Below, piece after piece: positions 21,333 through 31,569 of a stretch of DNA of 52,334 bases; the first letter of the stretch is position 1; each line of letters starts with the position of its first letter. This DNA is from Frankiaceae bacterium (lineage in GTDB: Bacteria > Actinomycetota > Actinomycetes > JAFAQI01). The DNA is taken from the NCBI GenBank assembly GCA_025929365.1, contig JAICMG010000005.1:1-52334 (forward strand), written 5' to 3'. The notes beneath the pieces were generated by a model, which saw nothing but the letters and a program-made list of their open reading frames with translations, ran no database searches and was not told the DNA's origin. The translations under genes were made by a program, and so were the position numbers.

Positions 21333-22235
21333 TTAGGCCGCCGGCTGGCGCAGGCGCTCCCTCACCCGTTCAATCACGCCGTCGCCTGTGCCGCGAACGT
21401 CGGACGCGCTCACGACCAGCACTGTCCAACCCAATGCCCGTACGGCGTCGCGCCTCAGGTCGTCCTCACGTCGCTGGTCCCAATGGAAGGCGCCGTCGTA
21501 CTCGATGGCGAGACGGGGTCCGAGGTAGGCGAGGTCGAGCCGCGCGACGAACACACCATCGGCGTCGCGAACCACATGCTGCGCGGTTGGGCGCGGAAGT
21601 CCGGCAGCGACCAGCAGATACCGCAAGCGAGTCTCCATTGGCGATTCGCTGAGGGGCTCGACGCTTCGAATCACCTCATCGACCCGCCGAACATCACGAA
21701 TGCCCTTGTGGGCGTTCCGATAGGCCGACAGCTCCTCGACCGTGACGAGACCGCCGCCGGTCAACGCATCCGCCACCACAAGGCGCTCGGCGGGGGCGAG
21801 CCACCGGGCGCAGTCGTAGACCGTCCGCACCGGCGTCGTCAACAGGACGCCGTTGAACAGGTCGAGATCCGTGGCATCGACCGTGAGCTCTCGTGTGTAG
21901 CAACCTGCTCGAGTCCGCAGCCGGCTCCCGGTACGACAGCCGACCCAGACGAGGTCCCACCGCTTGTCGCGCGCATCGACGCCGTAGAGCCAAGCGGCGG
22001 TCAGGCCGCAAACGAAGGCGTGCTTCCCGAGAACGAGCCGGACAGCCGCCACCCGGGTCTCGCGACTGTCCTCGATGTCCTGATGAACCCAGACGTTGCG
22101 AAACACATGTCGCCACGGACCGCCCCGGAGCGACGAGGTCGACACGCCGACCCGCGACGCGTAGGAGGTGGTGAAGGGTCCCTTGGTGAGCTGATCTGGA
22201 GTGAAGGCCCGCGGCACGTCGCGAGCATTGATCAA
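21333..22235 (-). CDS. AbiEi-like N-terminal region plus DUF559/Vsr-like PD-(D/E)XK endonuclease domain protein
   Basis: TTPVRTVYDCAR (AbiEi-like); SESPMETRLR..L...GLP.P..Q, ARLDLAY, LAIEYDG..H, D..R...GW.V (DUF559-like). Start may be GTG 22217. Confidence 0.82.
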   Translation of the reverse strand: MINARDVPRAFTPDQLTKGPFTTSYASRVGVSTSSLRGGPWRHVFRNVWVHQDIEDSRETRVAAVRLVLGKHAFVCGLTAAWLYGVDARDKRWDLVWVGCRTGSRLRTRAGCYTRELTVDATDLDLFNGVLLTTPVRTVYDCARWLAPAERLVVADALTGGGLVTVEELSAYRNAHKGIRDVRRVDEVIRSVEPLSESPMETRLRYLLVAAGLPRPTAQHVVRDADGVFVARLDLAYLGPRLAIEYDGAFHWDQRREDDLRRDAVRALGWTVLVVSASDVRGTGDGVIERVRERLRQPAA

Positions 22236-22271
22236 TCAGCGTTCCCTGTGCTGCCGTCATGCACAGGCCCC

Positions 22272-22334
22272 CGGTGATCTTGACGTTGTTGGCGGCTGGA
22301 GCGCCCGCAGACGCCAACAACGTCAAGATCACCG
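22272..22334. repeat. Palindromic REP-like element, right copy
   Basis: 23-bp perfect arms CGGTGATCTTGACGTTGTTGGCG / CGCCAACAACGTCAAGATCACCG; homologous to the reverse complement of the left copy. Confidence 0.92.
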
Positions 22335-22350
22335 AGCCAAGGTCGGCGGG

Positions 22351-23223
22351 TTATTCGACGATCTTGGAGATGGGGAGCTCCAGGATGTCCTTCGCTCCCG
22401 CGGCCTTCAGCGCCGGGATGAGTGTGTTCACCCCTTGCTTCGGGACGACCGTGCCGAGGGCGTGGCCGCCTCCCGACAGCGCCGTGACCGTCGGCGAGCT
22501 CATCGCCGGCAGCACCTCGAGCACGCCGTCGAGATCGGGCGCGTCCACGTTGAGCATCAGGTACACCGTCCCCCGCGCCCGGATCGCGCCTTGCAGCAGC
22601 AGGGCGATGTCCTCCATCGCGGCCCGCTTCTCGGGGTCCGCGTAGGAGACCGGATTGGCAATCAGCTCGGTCCGCGAGGTGAGCAGGGTCTCGATGATCC
22701 GCAGCCCGTGCGCGCGCAACGACGAGCCCGTCTCCGTCACGTCGACGATCGCGTCGACGATGTCCGGCACCTTCGCCTCGGTCGCGCCGTACGACGGCAC
22801 GATCGTCGCCTTCACGCCCGCGTCGGCGAAGAACCGCCGCGTCAGCTCGGGGTACTCCGTCGACACGCGTACGCCGTCCGGCAGCTCCGCCCCCGTCTGC
22901 GCCGGGTGGTCCGCCGGCACGGCAAGGATGATCCGCACCGGGTTCGACGTCGCCTTCGAGTACTCCAGCTCACAGACGGACTCGACGTTCGCCGACGTCT
23001 CGGTGATCCAGTCGCGCCCGGTGATGCCGAGGTCGAACAGGCCCTCCTCGACATAACGCGGAATCTCCTGCGGACGCAGGAACATCACGCGGTCGACCCG
23101 TGGGTCGGAGATCCCCGCGCGATAGTCGCGGTCGGAGCCGCGGCGCACCGCGAGGTCGGCGGCATCGAAGAGCTCGAGGGTCGCCTTCTCCAGCGAGCCC
23201 TTCGGAAGGACGAGCGACAGCAC
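22351..23223 (-). CDS. hisG: ATP phosphoribosyltransferase, long form
   Basis: LPKGSL, DLGITGRDW, STEYP, SYGATE, DAIVDVTETGSSLRAHGL, C-terminal regulatory domain. Confidence 0.95.
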   Translation of the reverse strand: MLSLVLPKGSLEKATLELFDAADLAVRRGSDRDYRAGISDPRVDRVMFLRPQEIPRYVEEGLFDLGITGRDWITETSANVESVCELEYSKATSNPVRIILAVPADHPAQTGAELPDGVRVSTEYPELTRRFFADAGVKATIVPSYGATEAKVPDIVDAIVDVTETGSSLRAHGLRIIETLLTSRTELIANPVSYADPEKRAAMEDIALLLQGAIRARGTVYLMLNVDAPDLDGVLEVLPAMSSPTVTALSGGGHALGTVVPKQGVNTLIPALKAAGAKDILELPISKIVE

Positions 23224-23282
23224 AGGAATGGCCTTTCGGGACGGTTCGGAACAGGGACGCCGGAAATGGGCGAACGGCTCGG

Positions 23283-23831
23283 TCAGCCGCCCGCCGACGC
23301 ATGGCCGGGTCGGCCCGGGACGCTGCCCGCACCGTGTTGTCCGGGCGCGCTGCTCACGCGACGGATCGCGCGCAGCACGAGCGCCGTCTCGACCGCAGCC
23401 ATTGCGGCCTCCCGTCCCTTGTCCTCACTCGATCCGGGCAAGCCCGCCCGCTCGAGCGCCTGCTCCGTCGTGTCGCAGGTCAACAACCCGAAGCCTACTG
23501 GGACCCCGGATTCGATCGCGATCCGATTAAGCCCGTCCGTCGCCGCCGAGCACACGTAGTCGAAGTGCGGCGTCCCGCCGCGTACGACGACCCCGAGCGC
23601 GACGACCGCGTCGTACCCCGCCCTTGCCAGCTCGCCTGCGACCACGGCGAGCTCGAAGGCTCCCGGGACCCGGCAGACGTAAGGATCGGCGACCGACGCC
23701 GCCTCGAGGCCGCGAAGTGCACCCGCGACGAGCGCGTCGGTGATCTCGGTGTGCCAGCGCGCCGCGACGACGGCTATCCGCAGCCCGCTGCCGTCGACAG
23801 CCGGTTCCTCGGGCAAGCCCTTTCCGCTCAC
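23283..23831 (-). CDS. ribH: 6,7-dimethyl-8-ribityllumazine synthase
   Basis: [29 protein letters not shown]. Confidence 0.96.
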   Translation of the reverse strand: MSGKGLPEEPAVDGSGLRIAVVAARWHTEITDALVAGALRGLEAASVADPYVCRVPGAFELAVVAGELARAGYDAVVALGVVVRGGTPHFDYVCSAATDGLNRIAIESGVPVGFGLLTCDTTEQALERAGLPGSSEDKGREAAMAAVETALVLRAIRRVSSAPGQHGAGSVPGRPGHASAGG

Positions 23832-25231
23832 GGGGTGACCTCCTCGGCGTCCGCCACCGGCCGCGCGAACGGCGACAGCGCGTACGCCATCCGCACCGCA
23901 GCACGGTAGATGTCGGGTTCGGCGCGGGCGGCGCGTTCCGCGACCGCCGCCGGCAGCGCGTCGGCACTCGCCTCCGTGACCTCCTCGTCCATGCTGGCCG
24001 GCAGACCCGGGATGTCGTGTCCCATCCGGTCACGTTTGGTGGTGAGGTAACGGAGATTGTCGGCGGTCACGCGCACCGGCAGCGGCACCCGCGCGACGAT
24101 CGTCAGCTCATGGCCTTCGAGTCCCGCCCGCTTGTCCGGGTTGTTGGTCAGCAGCCGCATCGAGCGCACGCCGAGATCGGCAAGGATCTGGGCGCCGGTG
24201 CCGTAGTCGCGCGCATCGGCCGGCAGTCCCAACGACACGTTGGCGTCGACGGTGTCCTGCCCCTCGTCCTGCAGCTGGTAGGCCTGCAGCTTGTGCATCA
24301 GCCCGATGCCGCGACCCTCGTGCCCGCGTACGTAGAGCACGACGCCGCGCCCCTCTGCGGCGACCGCCGCGATCGCCGCGTCCAGCTGCGGACCGCAGTC
24401 GCAGCGGCGGCTCCCGAAGACGTCGCCGGTGAGGCACTCCGAGTGCACCCGCACGAGGACGTCCTCTCCGTCGCCGATGTCGCCGCGCACCAACGCGACG
24501 TGCTCGATGCCGTCGACCTCGCTGCGGAAGCCAACCGCACGGAACTCCCCGTAGTTGGTCGGGATGCGCGCCTCCGCGACCCGCTCGACCTGGCTCTCGG
24601 TGCGACGGCGGTAGGCGATCAGGTCCGCGATCGCGATCAGAGCGAGATCGTGCTCGGCCGCGAACACCTCGAGCTCGTCGAGCCGAGCCATGCCGTCGAC
24701 GTCCTTCTCGCTCACGATCTCGCAGAGGACGCCGGCGGGTCGCAGTCCCGCCATGCGGCACAGGTCGATCGTCGCCTCGGTGTGCCCGGCGCGTCGCAAC
24801 ACTCCGCCGTCCTTCGCACGCAACGGCACGACATGGCCGGGTCGCGTGAAGTCGGACGGCGTCGAGTGCGGATCGGCGAGCGCACGCATCGTCAGCGCGC
24901 GATCGTGCGCCGAGATCCCGGTCGTGGTGCCCTCGCGCGCGTCGACCGTGACCGCGTAGGCGGTACCCCGCCGGTCCTGGTTGGTGTGATACATCGGCGG
25001 CAGGTCGAGCCGGTCACAGTCGGATTCGGTGAGCGGCACGCAGATGTAGCCGGATGTGTAGCGCACCATGAACGCCACCAGCTCCGGCGTCGCCATCTCG
25101 GCGGCGAAGATCAGGTCACCCTCGTTCTCACGGTCGGCGTCATCGACGACGACGACGGGCTTGCCCGCGGCAATGTCGGCGACGGCCCGCTCGATGTCGC
25201 TGAAGCCCATGACAGGGTTGTGCTCGGTCAC
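23828..25231 (-). CDS. ribBA: Bifunctional DHBP synthase / GTP cyclohydrolase II
   Basis: [22 protein letters not shown]; [29 protein letters not shown]. Confidence 0.97.
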   Translation of the reverse strand: MTEHNPVMGFSDIERAVADIAAGKPVVVVDDADRENEGDLIFAAEMATPELVAFMVRYTSGYICVPLTESDCDRLDLPPMYHTNQDRRGTAYAVTVDAREGTTTGISAHDRALTMRALADPHSTPSDFTRPGHVVPLRAKDGGVLRRAGHTEATIDLCRMAGLRPAGVLCEIVSEKDVDGMARLDELEVFAAEHDLALIAIADLIAYRRRTESQVERVAEARIPTNYGEFRAVGFRSEVDGIEHVALVRGDIGDGEDVLVRVHSECLTGDVFGSRRCDCGPQLDAAIAAVAAEGRGVVLYVRGHEGRGIGLMHKLQAYQLQDEGQDTVDANVSLGLPADARDYGTGAQILADLGVRSMRLLTNNPDKRAGLEGHELTIVARVPLPVRVTADNLRYLTTKRDRMGHDIPGLPASMDEEVTEASADALPAAVAERAARAEPDIYRAAVRMAYALSPFARPVADAEEVTP

Positions 25232-25824
25232 GCCCCACCCCTCGATGCCAGCAGCCGCTCGACGTACTTCGCGAGCACGTCGACTTCTACGTTGAGCCGG
25301 TCGCCGGCGGCACGGATGCCGAGCGTCGTGCGTGACAGCGTCTCGGGAATCAAGGAGACACCGACGGTCGAGGGGCCGAGGGAGGAGACCGTGAGGCTGA
25401 CCCCGTCAAGTGCGATCGAGCCCTTCTCGACGACGTAGGGCATCAGGTTCGCGGGGACCTCGAGGTCGACCTCGCGCCAATGCTCCGACGGCCGCGCGTC
25501 GACGACCGTCGCGACGCCGTCGACGTGTCCCTGCACGATGTGCCCGCCGAGCAACGACGTCGGCGTGACCGATCGCTCGAGGTTGACGCGATCACCGGCG
25601 ACCAACCCGCCGAGCGTCGTACGACGCAATGTCTCGAGCATCACGTCGGCGGTGAAGCCGGTCGAGTCGATCTGCGCGACGGTCAGACAGACGCCGTTGA
25701 CCGCGATCGACTCGCCGCCCGCGAGGTCATGGAGGATCTCGCCATCCACCGCGAGCCGTGCGGCGGCGCCGACATCCTCGATCGCGCGCACGGTGCCGAG
25801 TGCCTGGACGATTCCGGTGAACAT
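25228..25824 (-). CDS. ribE: Riboflavin synthase alpha chain
   Basis: MFTGIV N-terminus, [31 protein letters not shown]. Confidence 0.97.
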   Translation of the reverse strand: MFTGIVQALGTVRAIEDVGAAARLAVDGEILHDLAGGESIAVNGVCLTVAQIDSTGFTADVMLETLRRTTLGGLVAGDRVNLERSVTPTSLLGGHIVQGHVDGVATVVDARPSEHWREVDLEVPANLMPYVVEKGSIALDGVSLTVSSLGPSTVGVSLIPETLSRTTLGIRAAGDRLNVEVDVLAKYVERLLASRGGA

Positions 25825-26927
25825 CAGCCTTCCGCCCTTCGCTCGACCGCGGCGACGACGCGCACGTCCGGCGGCATGTAGGTGAGGTCCTTCGGCACGA
25901 GTCGCAGTGCGGCGTCGATGGTCGGCACGCCGATATCGCCGACGACCGGCGTGCCGGCGCCGAGCAGGGCAGGCGCGACGTAGGCGACGACGCGGTCGAC
26001 CAGCCCGGCACGAACGAAGCCCGCAGCGAGACCGGCGCCGCCCTCCAGCAGGAGCAGGTAGCGCTCGCTGCCGTAGAGATGGGCGAGCAGCGCACCGAGG
26101 TCGATGCCGCAGCTCGCGCGAGGGAGCTGCACGACGTCGGCCGCGGTGTTCCCGAGCGCCTCCACACGATCGGCAGGTGCGTCGGCAGCGACCGCGACCA
26201 GGGTCGGCGCCACTCCGTCCAGGACACGTGCCGTCAGCGGAGTGCGGGCGTCGCTGTCGACGACGACCCGCAGCGGCTGCCGGCCGATGTCGAGGTCGCG
26301 CACCGTCAATGCGGGATCGTCGGCCAGCACGGTTCCGATCCCGACCACGACCGCGTCGCAACGGGCCCGCTGCCGTTGGACGTCGAGTCGAGCGCCGACG
26401 CCGGTGATCCAGCGGCTCGTCCCGTCAGCCGCGGCGGTTCGTCCATCGAGGGTTGTGGCGTACTTCCAGATCACGTACGGCCGCCGCCCGGCGGTCGCGA
26501 TGAGCCACGGCTCCAGGTCGTGGCGCGCGTCCTCCGCGAGCACCCCTGACTCGACCTCCATACCGGCCGCCCGCAGGCGACTCGCTCCGCCCGCGGCGTC
26601 GCCGTTGGGGTCGTCGACCGCATACACGACGCGCGCGACCCCGGCGGCGATGATCGCCTCGCTGCACGGTCCGGTCCGGCCCTGGTGGTCGCACGGCTCA
26701 AGCGTGACCACCAGCGTGCCGCCTCGCGCCCGGTCGCCGGCGGCTGAAAGGGCAACGATCTCCGCGTGCGGCCCGCCGATCGCGGCCGTCGCGCCCTCGC
26801 CGACGACCTGTCCGTCGGCGCCGAGCACCACAGCACCCACCGCCGGATTCGGGTTCGGAATGCCGAGCGCGGCTTCAGCAACGGCGAGGGCGCGACGCAT
26901 CGCGTCGATCTCGGCTGCCGTGGCCAT
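25824..26927 (-). CDS. ribD: Riboflavin biosynthesis deaminase/reductase
   Basis: PNPAVGAV, HAE, TLEPCDHQGRTGPC, SRWITG, EGG. Start set at ATG 26927 with SD AAGGAG. Confidence 0.96.
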   Translation of the reverse strand: MATAAEIDAMRRALAVAEAALGIPNPNPAVGAVVLGADGQVVGEGATAAIGGPHAEIVALSAAGDRARGGTLVVTLEPCDHQGRTGPCSEAIIAAGVARVVYAVDDPNGDAAGGASRLRAAGMEVESGVLAEDARHDLEPWLIATAGRRPYVIWKYATTLDGRTAAADGTSRWITGVGARLDVQRQRARCDAVVVGIGTVLADDPALTVRDLDIGRQPLRVVVDSDARTPLTARVLDGVAPTLVAVAADAPADRVEALGNTAADVVQLPRASCGIDLGALLAHLYGSERYLLLLEGGAGLAAGFVRAGLVDRVVAYVAPALLGAGTPVVGDIGVPTIDAALRLVPKDLTYMPPDVRVVAAVERRAEG

Positions 26928-27035
26928 CGGTTGCCTCTCCTTCGCTTCGGCCGGCGGACCGGGACGAGGAGAGGGACGCGAACGACGCCGCCCCCGGTGA
27001 TGCGCCGCGGACGGCGGCACCGCCGGGTGTCGCTC

Positions 27036-27186
27036 GCGCGCTGCCTCTCATCCGGACTCTCACCGTCGGCCCTGGAGTCTCACCAGGTCCACCGGCCGAT
27101 GGCGTCGGCCGGGTCGCGGGCTTCGAGATCGCCGCGAGGCTCTCTCGTCACCGCCGGTTCGGGCTTTCACCGATCCCGGAGCGCGC
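27036..27186 (-). ncRNA. FMN riboswitch (RFN element)
   Basis: Minus strand TCCGGGATCGGTGAAAGCCCGAACCGGCGGTGA..AGCCCGCGA..GGACCTGGTGAGACTCCAGGGCCGACGGTGAGAGTCCGGATGAGAG with a GCGCGC closing stem, directly upstream of ribD. Confidence 0.96.
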
Positions 27187-27269
27187 GGGGCACTTCCGTT
27201 TCATTGTGCATCGTTTTTGTCGCTGAGGGAACAGCCGCCGCCACTGAGGCGCCGGTCACAGCCCGGCAG

Positions 27270-27911
27270 CTACCCCCATGGCGCGAGCCGGAAATCCGCC
27301 GGCAGGCCGCCGCGGCCGGCCAGCCAGGCCATGAACACCCGCCGGTCCTCCGGGGTCGCCAGGCGTTGCGGGACGGTGGCAAGCAAGACACCGAGATCCC
27401 AGGCGACGTAGTCCTCCGGCCAGTCCAAGGGCCCGTACCCGACACCGAGGTCGGCGTGGTGCATCTCGACCTCCCGGAGCCGATGTGCAGGGCACGCGCG
27501 CGGACCGTACTGGTCGTGGCCGCGCAGATGCTCATTCGGCCAGCCCGCCGCTCCGCTCGCGCGGAACACCTCCTCGAGCGCGGCTTGGCTGGCCGCCAGG
27601 TCGTCGACGATGGTCCTCACGGAGCGAGCAGCTCCGGCTTCGATCTCCTCCGCCCGCTGCTCGCGACCGCCGGGGTACCTCGGCACGTCCTCTCCCCGCA
27701 GGGCGCCAGCAAGTCGCCGCGCGTGCCCGTCGGCATTGCGTGCCAGATGCGTCAGGACATGACCGACCGACCAATCCGGAAGCAGGCTCGGGGCGCGCAC
27801 CTGCGCCTCGGACAGGCCCGCGACCTCCGCGAGGAGCCGGCCGTGTGCGGCAACGCACAGCTCGACGCTGCGGTCGGGTTCGGCCGCCAGGTCGACGGGA
27901 GCCGACGCCAT
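27270..27911 (-). CDS. Maleylpyruvate isomerase family mycothiol-dependent enzyme (MDMPI, DinB-like)
   Basis: PSLLPDWSVGHVLTHLARNAD, RLREVEMHHADL. Start set at ATG 27911. Confidence 0.85.
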   Translation of the reverse strand: MASAPVDLAAEPDRSVELCVAAHGRLLAEVAGLSEAQVRAPSLLPDWSVGHVLTHLARNADGHARRLAGALRGEDVPRYPGGREQRAEEIEAGAARSVRTIVDDLAASQAALEEVFRASGAAGWPNEHLRGHDQYGPRACPAHRLREVEMHHADLGVGYGPLDWPEDYVAWDLGVLLATVPQRLATPEDRRVFMAWLAGRGGLPADFRLAPWG

Positions 27912-27916
27912 CGCGC

Positions 27917-28600
27917 CTAGTGCGTCCACCAGGCGACGTCGCCGGCCTTGACCGCGGCCTCGCGCAGCCGGACGACGGCCTCCGCCGGATCGTCGCAGCC
28001 ATAGACGGAGTTCCCGGCGACGAAGACGTCGGCGCCGGCCTCGGCGCACTGCTCGATGGTGTCGGCGTCGACCCCGCCGTCGACCTGCACCCAGACCGCG
28101 TGCTCACCGTCGCGGATGAGCTGACGGGCACGGCGGATCTTCGGCAGCATGATGTCGAGGAAGGACTGCCCGCCGAAGCCCGGCTCGACCGTCATCACCA
28201 GGACGGTGTCGATCTCAGGGAGCAGATCGGCGTACGGGTCGATCGGTGTCGCGGGCTTGATCGCCAGGCCGGCGCGCGCGCCCGCCGACCGCAGGGCCCG
28301 TGCCAACCGGACTGGCGCCTGCGCGGCTTCGGCGTGGAAGGTCACGCTTCGCGCGCCGGCCTCGGCGTACGCCGGAGCATGGCGATCCGGCTCCTCGATC
28401 ATCAGGTGACAGTCCAGCGGCAGCGCGGTGTGCTTCAGCAACGCCTTCACCGTCGACAACCCGAACGTCAGGTTGGGGACGAAGTGGTTGTCCATGACAT
28501 CCACGTGGACCCAGTCGGCCGTGTCGCCGATGACGGCGACCTCATCGGCGAGCCGCGCGAAGTCGGCGGACAGGATGCTCGGCGCGATCTGCATGGTCAT
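27917..28600 (-). CDS. rpe: Ribulose-phosphate 3-epimerase
   Basis: [36 protein letters not shown]. Confidence 0.97.
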   Translation of the reverse strand: MTMQIAPSILSADFARLADEVAVIGDTADWVHVDVMDNHFVPNLTFGLSTVKALLKHTALPLDCHLMIEEPDRHAPAYAEAGARSVTFHAEAAQAPVRLARALRSAGARAGLAIKPATPIDPYADLLPEIDTVLVMTVEPGFGGQSFLDIMLPKIRRARQLIRDGEHAVWVQVDGGVDADTIEQCAEAGADVFVAGNSVYGCDDPAEAVVRLREAAVKAGDVAWWTH

Positions 28601-28647
28601 CCAAGTTTAGGTGCGCTCCGCTCCTGCGCTCGGCTGATTTCTGTGCT

Positions 28648-29991
28648 TCAGCCGACCTTTCGCAACAGCGCGACGTACATCGCATCGGTGCCGTGGCGGT
28701 GCGGCCAGAGTTGGACGTCCGGGCCCGGCCCGAGCTCCGGAACACCGTCGAAGAGCGGTCGCGCATCGACCTGCTCGACCTCGCGATGGCGCTCCAAGCC
28801 GGTCCGCACGACCTCCCGCGTCTCGGCGAGGTGCGGCGAGCAGGTCGCGTAGACGATGACGCCGCCGATCCGCACCGCGTCGATCGCCGAGTCGAGAAGT
28901 GCGCCTTGCAGTCCCACGAGGTCCGCGACGTCGTCGGGCTTGCGCCGCCACCGGACCTCGGGGCGCCGCCGCAGCGCGCCCAGGCCGGTACACGGAACAT
29001 CCACGAGCACACGGTCGAAACTGGCCGATCGCCACGGCGGCCGAGTCCCGTCGGCGACCACTGCGCTCGCCGCGTCCGACACACTCCCCCGCACGAGTGT
29101 GGCGCGGTGCGGGTGGAGGTCGGTCGCGACGAGTCGCCCGCCGGTGGGCAACAGCCGCGACAGCAGCGCCGCCTTACCGCCTGGGCCGGCGCACATGTCG
29201 AGCCATCGCCCGTCGCGCCCGTCGACGGCGGCGCGCACCATGGCAAGGGCGACGAGCTGGCTGCCCTCGTCCTGCACCTGCGCCCGGCCGTCCTTTACTG
29301 CCGCGATCCCGCCGGGATCACCGCCGGACAACCGCACGGCGTACGGCGAAAACGGACCGGGCGTCGCGCCGTCGCCTGCGTGCCGGAGGAGCAGGTCACG
29401 CTCGATCGCCCCTGGCCGCGCCGCGAGGTGGGTGACCGGCCGGTCAGCGGCCAGCGCGCGTCCCAGCTCCGCGAGGTCGCCACCCAACGCGTCGAGAAAG
29501 GCCTGCGCGACCCACTCCGGGTGCCCGCGTTCGAAGGCAAGCCGACCCAGCTCGCCTTGCGGCGCGACTCGCGCGACCCATGTCGGCCAGTCGCACTCGC
29601 TCACCCGCCGCATGACGGCGTTGACCAACCCCGATGCGCGATGGCCGGCGACTTCCTTGCCGATCTCGACCGTCGTCGACACGGCGGCGTGCGTCGGGAC
29701 CCGCATGTGCAGCAGCTGATACGCGCCGACTCGCAGGACGGCGCGCACCTCCGCGTCGAGCAACGCGACGTCGCGACCCGACGCCACCGCGACGATGTCG
29801 TCGAGCACGCCCTGCCATCGCAACGCGCCGTAGGCGATCTCGGTCGCAAACGCCGCGTCCTGGCCTGACAGCGAACGCTCGCGAAGCAGGCGTGCCAGAA
29901 GGAGGTTCGCGTACGCCGCGTCCCGGTCGACCGCGAGCACGACCTCGACTGCGGTACGCCGCGCCGGGTCCTTCGACAGACCAGCGCTCAC
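28648..29991 (-). CDS. rsmB: RsmB/Sun-family rRNA m5C methyltransferase with NusB-like N-terminus
   Basis: [41 protein letters not shown] overlap with fmt. Confidence 0.93.
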   Translation of the reverse strand: MSAGLSKDPARRTAVEVVLAVDRDAAYANLLLARLLRERSLSGQDAAFATEIAYGALRWQGVLDDIVAVASGRDVALLDAEVRAVLRVGAYQLLHMRVPTHAAVSTTVEIGKEVAGHRASGLVNAVMRRVSECDWPTWVARVAPQGELGRLAFERGHPEWVAQAFLDALGGDLAELGRALAADRPVTHLAARPGAIERDLLLRHAGDGATPGPFSPYAVRLSGGDPGGIAAVKDGRAQVQDEGSQLVALAMVRAAVDGRDGRWLDMCAGPGGKAALLSRLLPTGGRLVATDLHPHRATLVRGSVSDAASAVVADGTRPPWRSASFDRVLVDVPCTGLGALRRRPEVRWRRKPDDVADLVGLQGALLDSAIDAVRIGGVIVYATCSPHLAETREVVRTGLERHREVEQVDARPLFDGVPELGPGPDVQLWPHRHGTDAMYVALLRKVG

Positions 29992-30926
29992 TCGAGGTGC
30001 TCGCCCGGGGCCAACCGAGCGCCGCGCGCCCACTCCTCGGCCGACCGGTCCGGTTTGCCTTCCGGTCGCACCAGGCCGAGCCGCAACGGTTCGCTCGCGG
30101 TCCCCACGACCACGCCGTCCTTGCCGAGGTCTCGGACCTCACCGGGCGGCAGCGCCTCGCTCGCCATGTCGGCCGCGATGCGGACCGACCCGATCCCGAG
30201 CCTGCGTCCTCGGAAAGTCGTCCATGCTCCCGGCTCCGGAGTGCACGCCCTGACGCGTCGATCGATCGAGGCCGCGGGATGGGTCCAGGTGACGCGAGCG
30301 TCTCCCGGTTTCAGCTTCGGCGCGAGCGAGACGCCCTCGGTCGGCTGCGGCTGGGCCGACAGCGTGCCGTCCTCGATACCGTCCAGCGTCGCGGTCAGCA
30401 GGCCGGCGCCGTCGACGGCGAGGCGGTCCAGCAGCTCACCGGCAGTCTCGTGCGGTCCGATGGTCGTGGTCATCACGCCATAGACCGGACCCGTGTCGAG
30501 CCCGGCCTCGAGCAAGAACGTCGTCGCGCCGGTCACGTCGTCGCCGGCGAGCAACGCGTGCTGCACCGGCGCCGCCCCGCGCCACGCCGGCAGTACCGAG
30601 AAGTGCAGGTTGACCCAGCCATGTGCCGGGATCTCCAGCGCAGCGGTCGGGACCAGTGCCCCGTAGGCGACCACCGCGACGCAGTCGGGTGCCAGCTCCG
30701 ACAGACGCTCGAGAAACTCCGGCTCCGACGGGCGCGCGGGGGTCAGCACCTCGACGCCGGCCGCCCGGGCCTGCTCCTTCACGGGGCTTGCGGTCAGCGC
30801 GCGGCCGCGACCCGCAGGAGCGTCGGGCCGAGTGAGGACCGCGACAACGTCATGGCGAGTGGAGGCGAGCAGCGCATCGAGCGACGGGAGCGCCGTCGCC
30901 GGCGTACCCGCGAAGACCAGCCGCAC
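29988..30926 (-). CDS. fmt: Methionyl-tRNA formyltransferase
   Basis: [29 protein letters not shown]. Confidence 0.97.
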   Translation of the reverse strand: MRLVFAGTPATALPSLDALLASTRHDVVAVLTRPDAPAGRGRALTASPVKEQARAAGVEVLTPARPSEPEFLERLSELAPDCVAVVAYGALVPTAALEIPAHGWVNLHFSVLPAWRGAAPVQHALLAGDDVTGATTFLLEAGLDTGPVYGVMTTTIGPHETAGELLDRLAVDGAGLLTATLDGIEDGTLSAQPQPTEGVSLAPKLKPGDARVTWTHPAASIDRRVRACTPEPGAWTTFRGRRLGIGSVRIAADMASEALPPGEVRDLGKDGVVVGTASEPLRLGLVRPEGKPDRSAEEWARGARLAPGEHLE

Positions 30927-30938
30927 GACGCGAGATCG

Positions 30939-31490
30939 TTAGAGGGCTAGGCCGCTTGTGGCGTGCGGCGACTCTTTGACCGTCGGCGTCGCGAGACCTG
31001 ACCACTCAGCCTCCCGGATGGCCCGCATGGCGGCCTTGCGCTGCTCGGCGTCGAGCCGGTCGATGAAGAGGATCCCGTCGAGGTGGTCGACCTCGTGCTG
31101 CACGCATCGGGCCAGCAGATCCGTGCCCTCGATCCTGACCGGCTCTCCGTGCATGTCGACACCGGTCGCGACGACGAGGTGCTTACGCGTCGTCGGGAAG
31201 GCCAGCCCGGGCAACGACAGGCAGCCTTCGTCACCTTCCATGTCCTCCTCGCCGAGCGTGCGGATCACCGGGTTCACGAGGTGGCCGGACTGCTCGTCGT
31301 CGACGTGGTAGGTGAACACCCGAAGGCTCACGCCGATCTGGGGCGCGGCGAGCCCGACGCCGGGGGCATCGAGCATCGTCTCCGCCAGGTCGCGGACCAG
31401 GTTGCGCAGCTCCTTGTCGAACGTCGTCACCTCGTCGGCGGGCGTGGTCAGCACCGGGTCGCCGAACAACCGGATCGGCTGAACCGCCAC
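30939..31490 (-). CDS. def: Peptide deformylase
   Basis: GVGLAAPQIG, EGCLS, QHEVDHLDG. Confidence 0.97.
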   Translation of the reverse strand: MAVQPIRLFGDPVLTTPADEVTTFDKELRNLVRDLAETMLDAPGVGLAAPQIGVSLRVFTYHVDDEQSGHLVNPVIRTLGEEDMEGDEGCLSLPGLAFPTTRKHLVVATGVDMHGEPVRIEGTDLLARCVQHEVDHLDGILFIDRLDAEQRKAAMRAIREAEWSGLATPTVKESPHATSGLAL

Positions 31491-31569
31491 GACGAGCTCC
31501 TCGGGACGCAAGCGACAGGACGGTCAATGGTAGGTGGAACCGGCCAGGGGCCTCCGGCGTCGAAGGCGC

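Noticed and set aside
21263-22334. CRISPR array or classical IS interpretation of the palindromes
   Set aside because: Only two copies 1 kb apart, no spacer series, no cas genes, no transposase motifs, no target duplication.
20978-22645. Several ORFs sharing the peptide ILT..A.G.P.A..VKIT
   Set aside because: This is the palindromic DNA repeat read on both strands, not a protein repeat.
28614-28627. GCAGGAGCGGAGCG in the rsmB-rpe spacer, 13/14 identical to part of element A
   Set aside because: Too short, and lacks the mini-ORF and 3' tail; cannot be called a family member without a model-based search.
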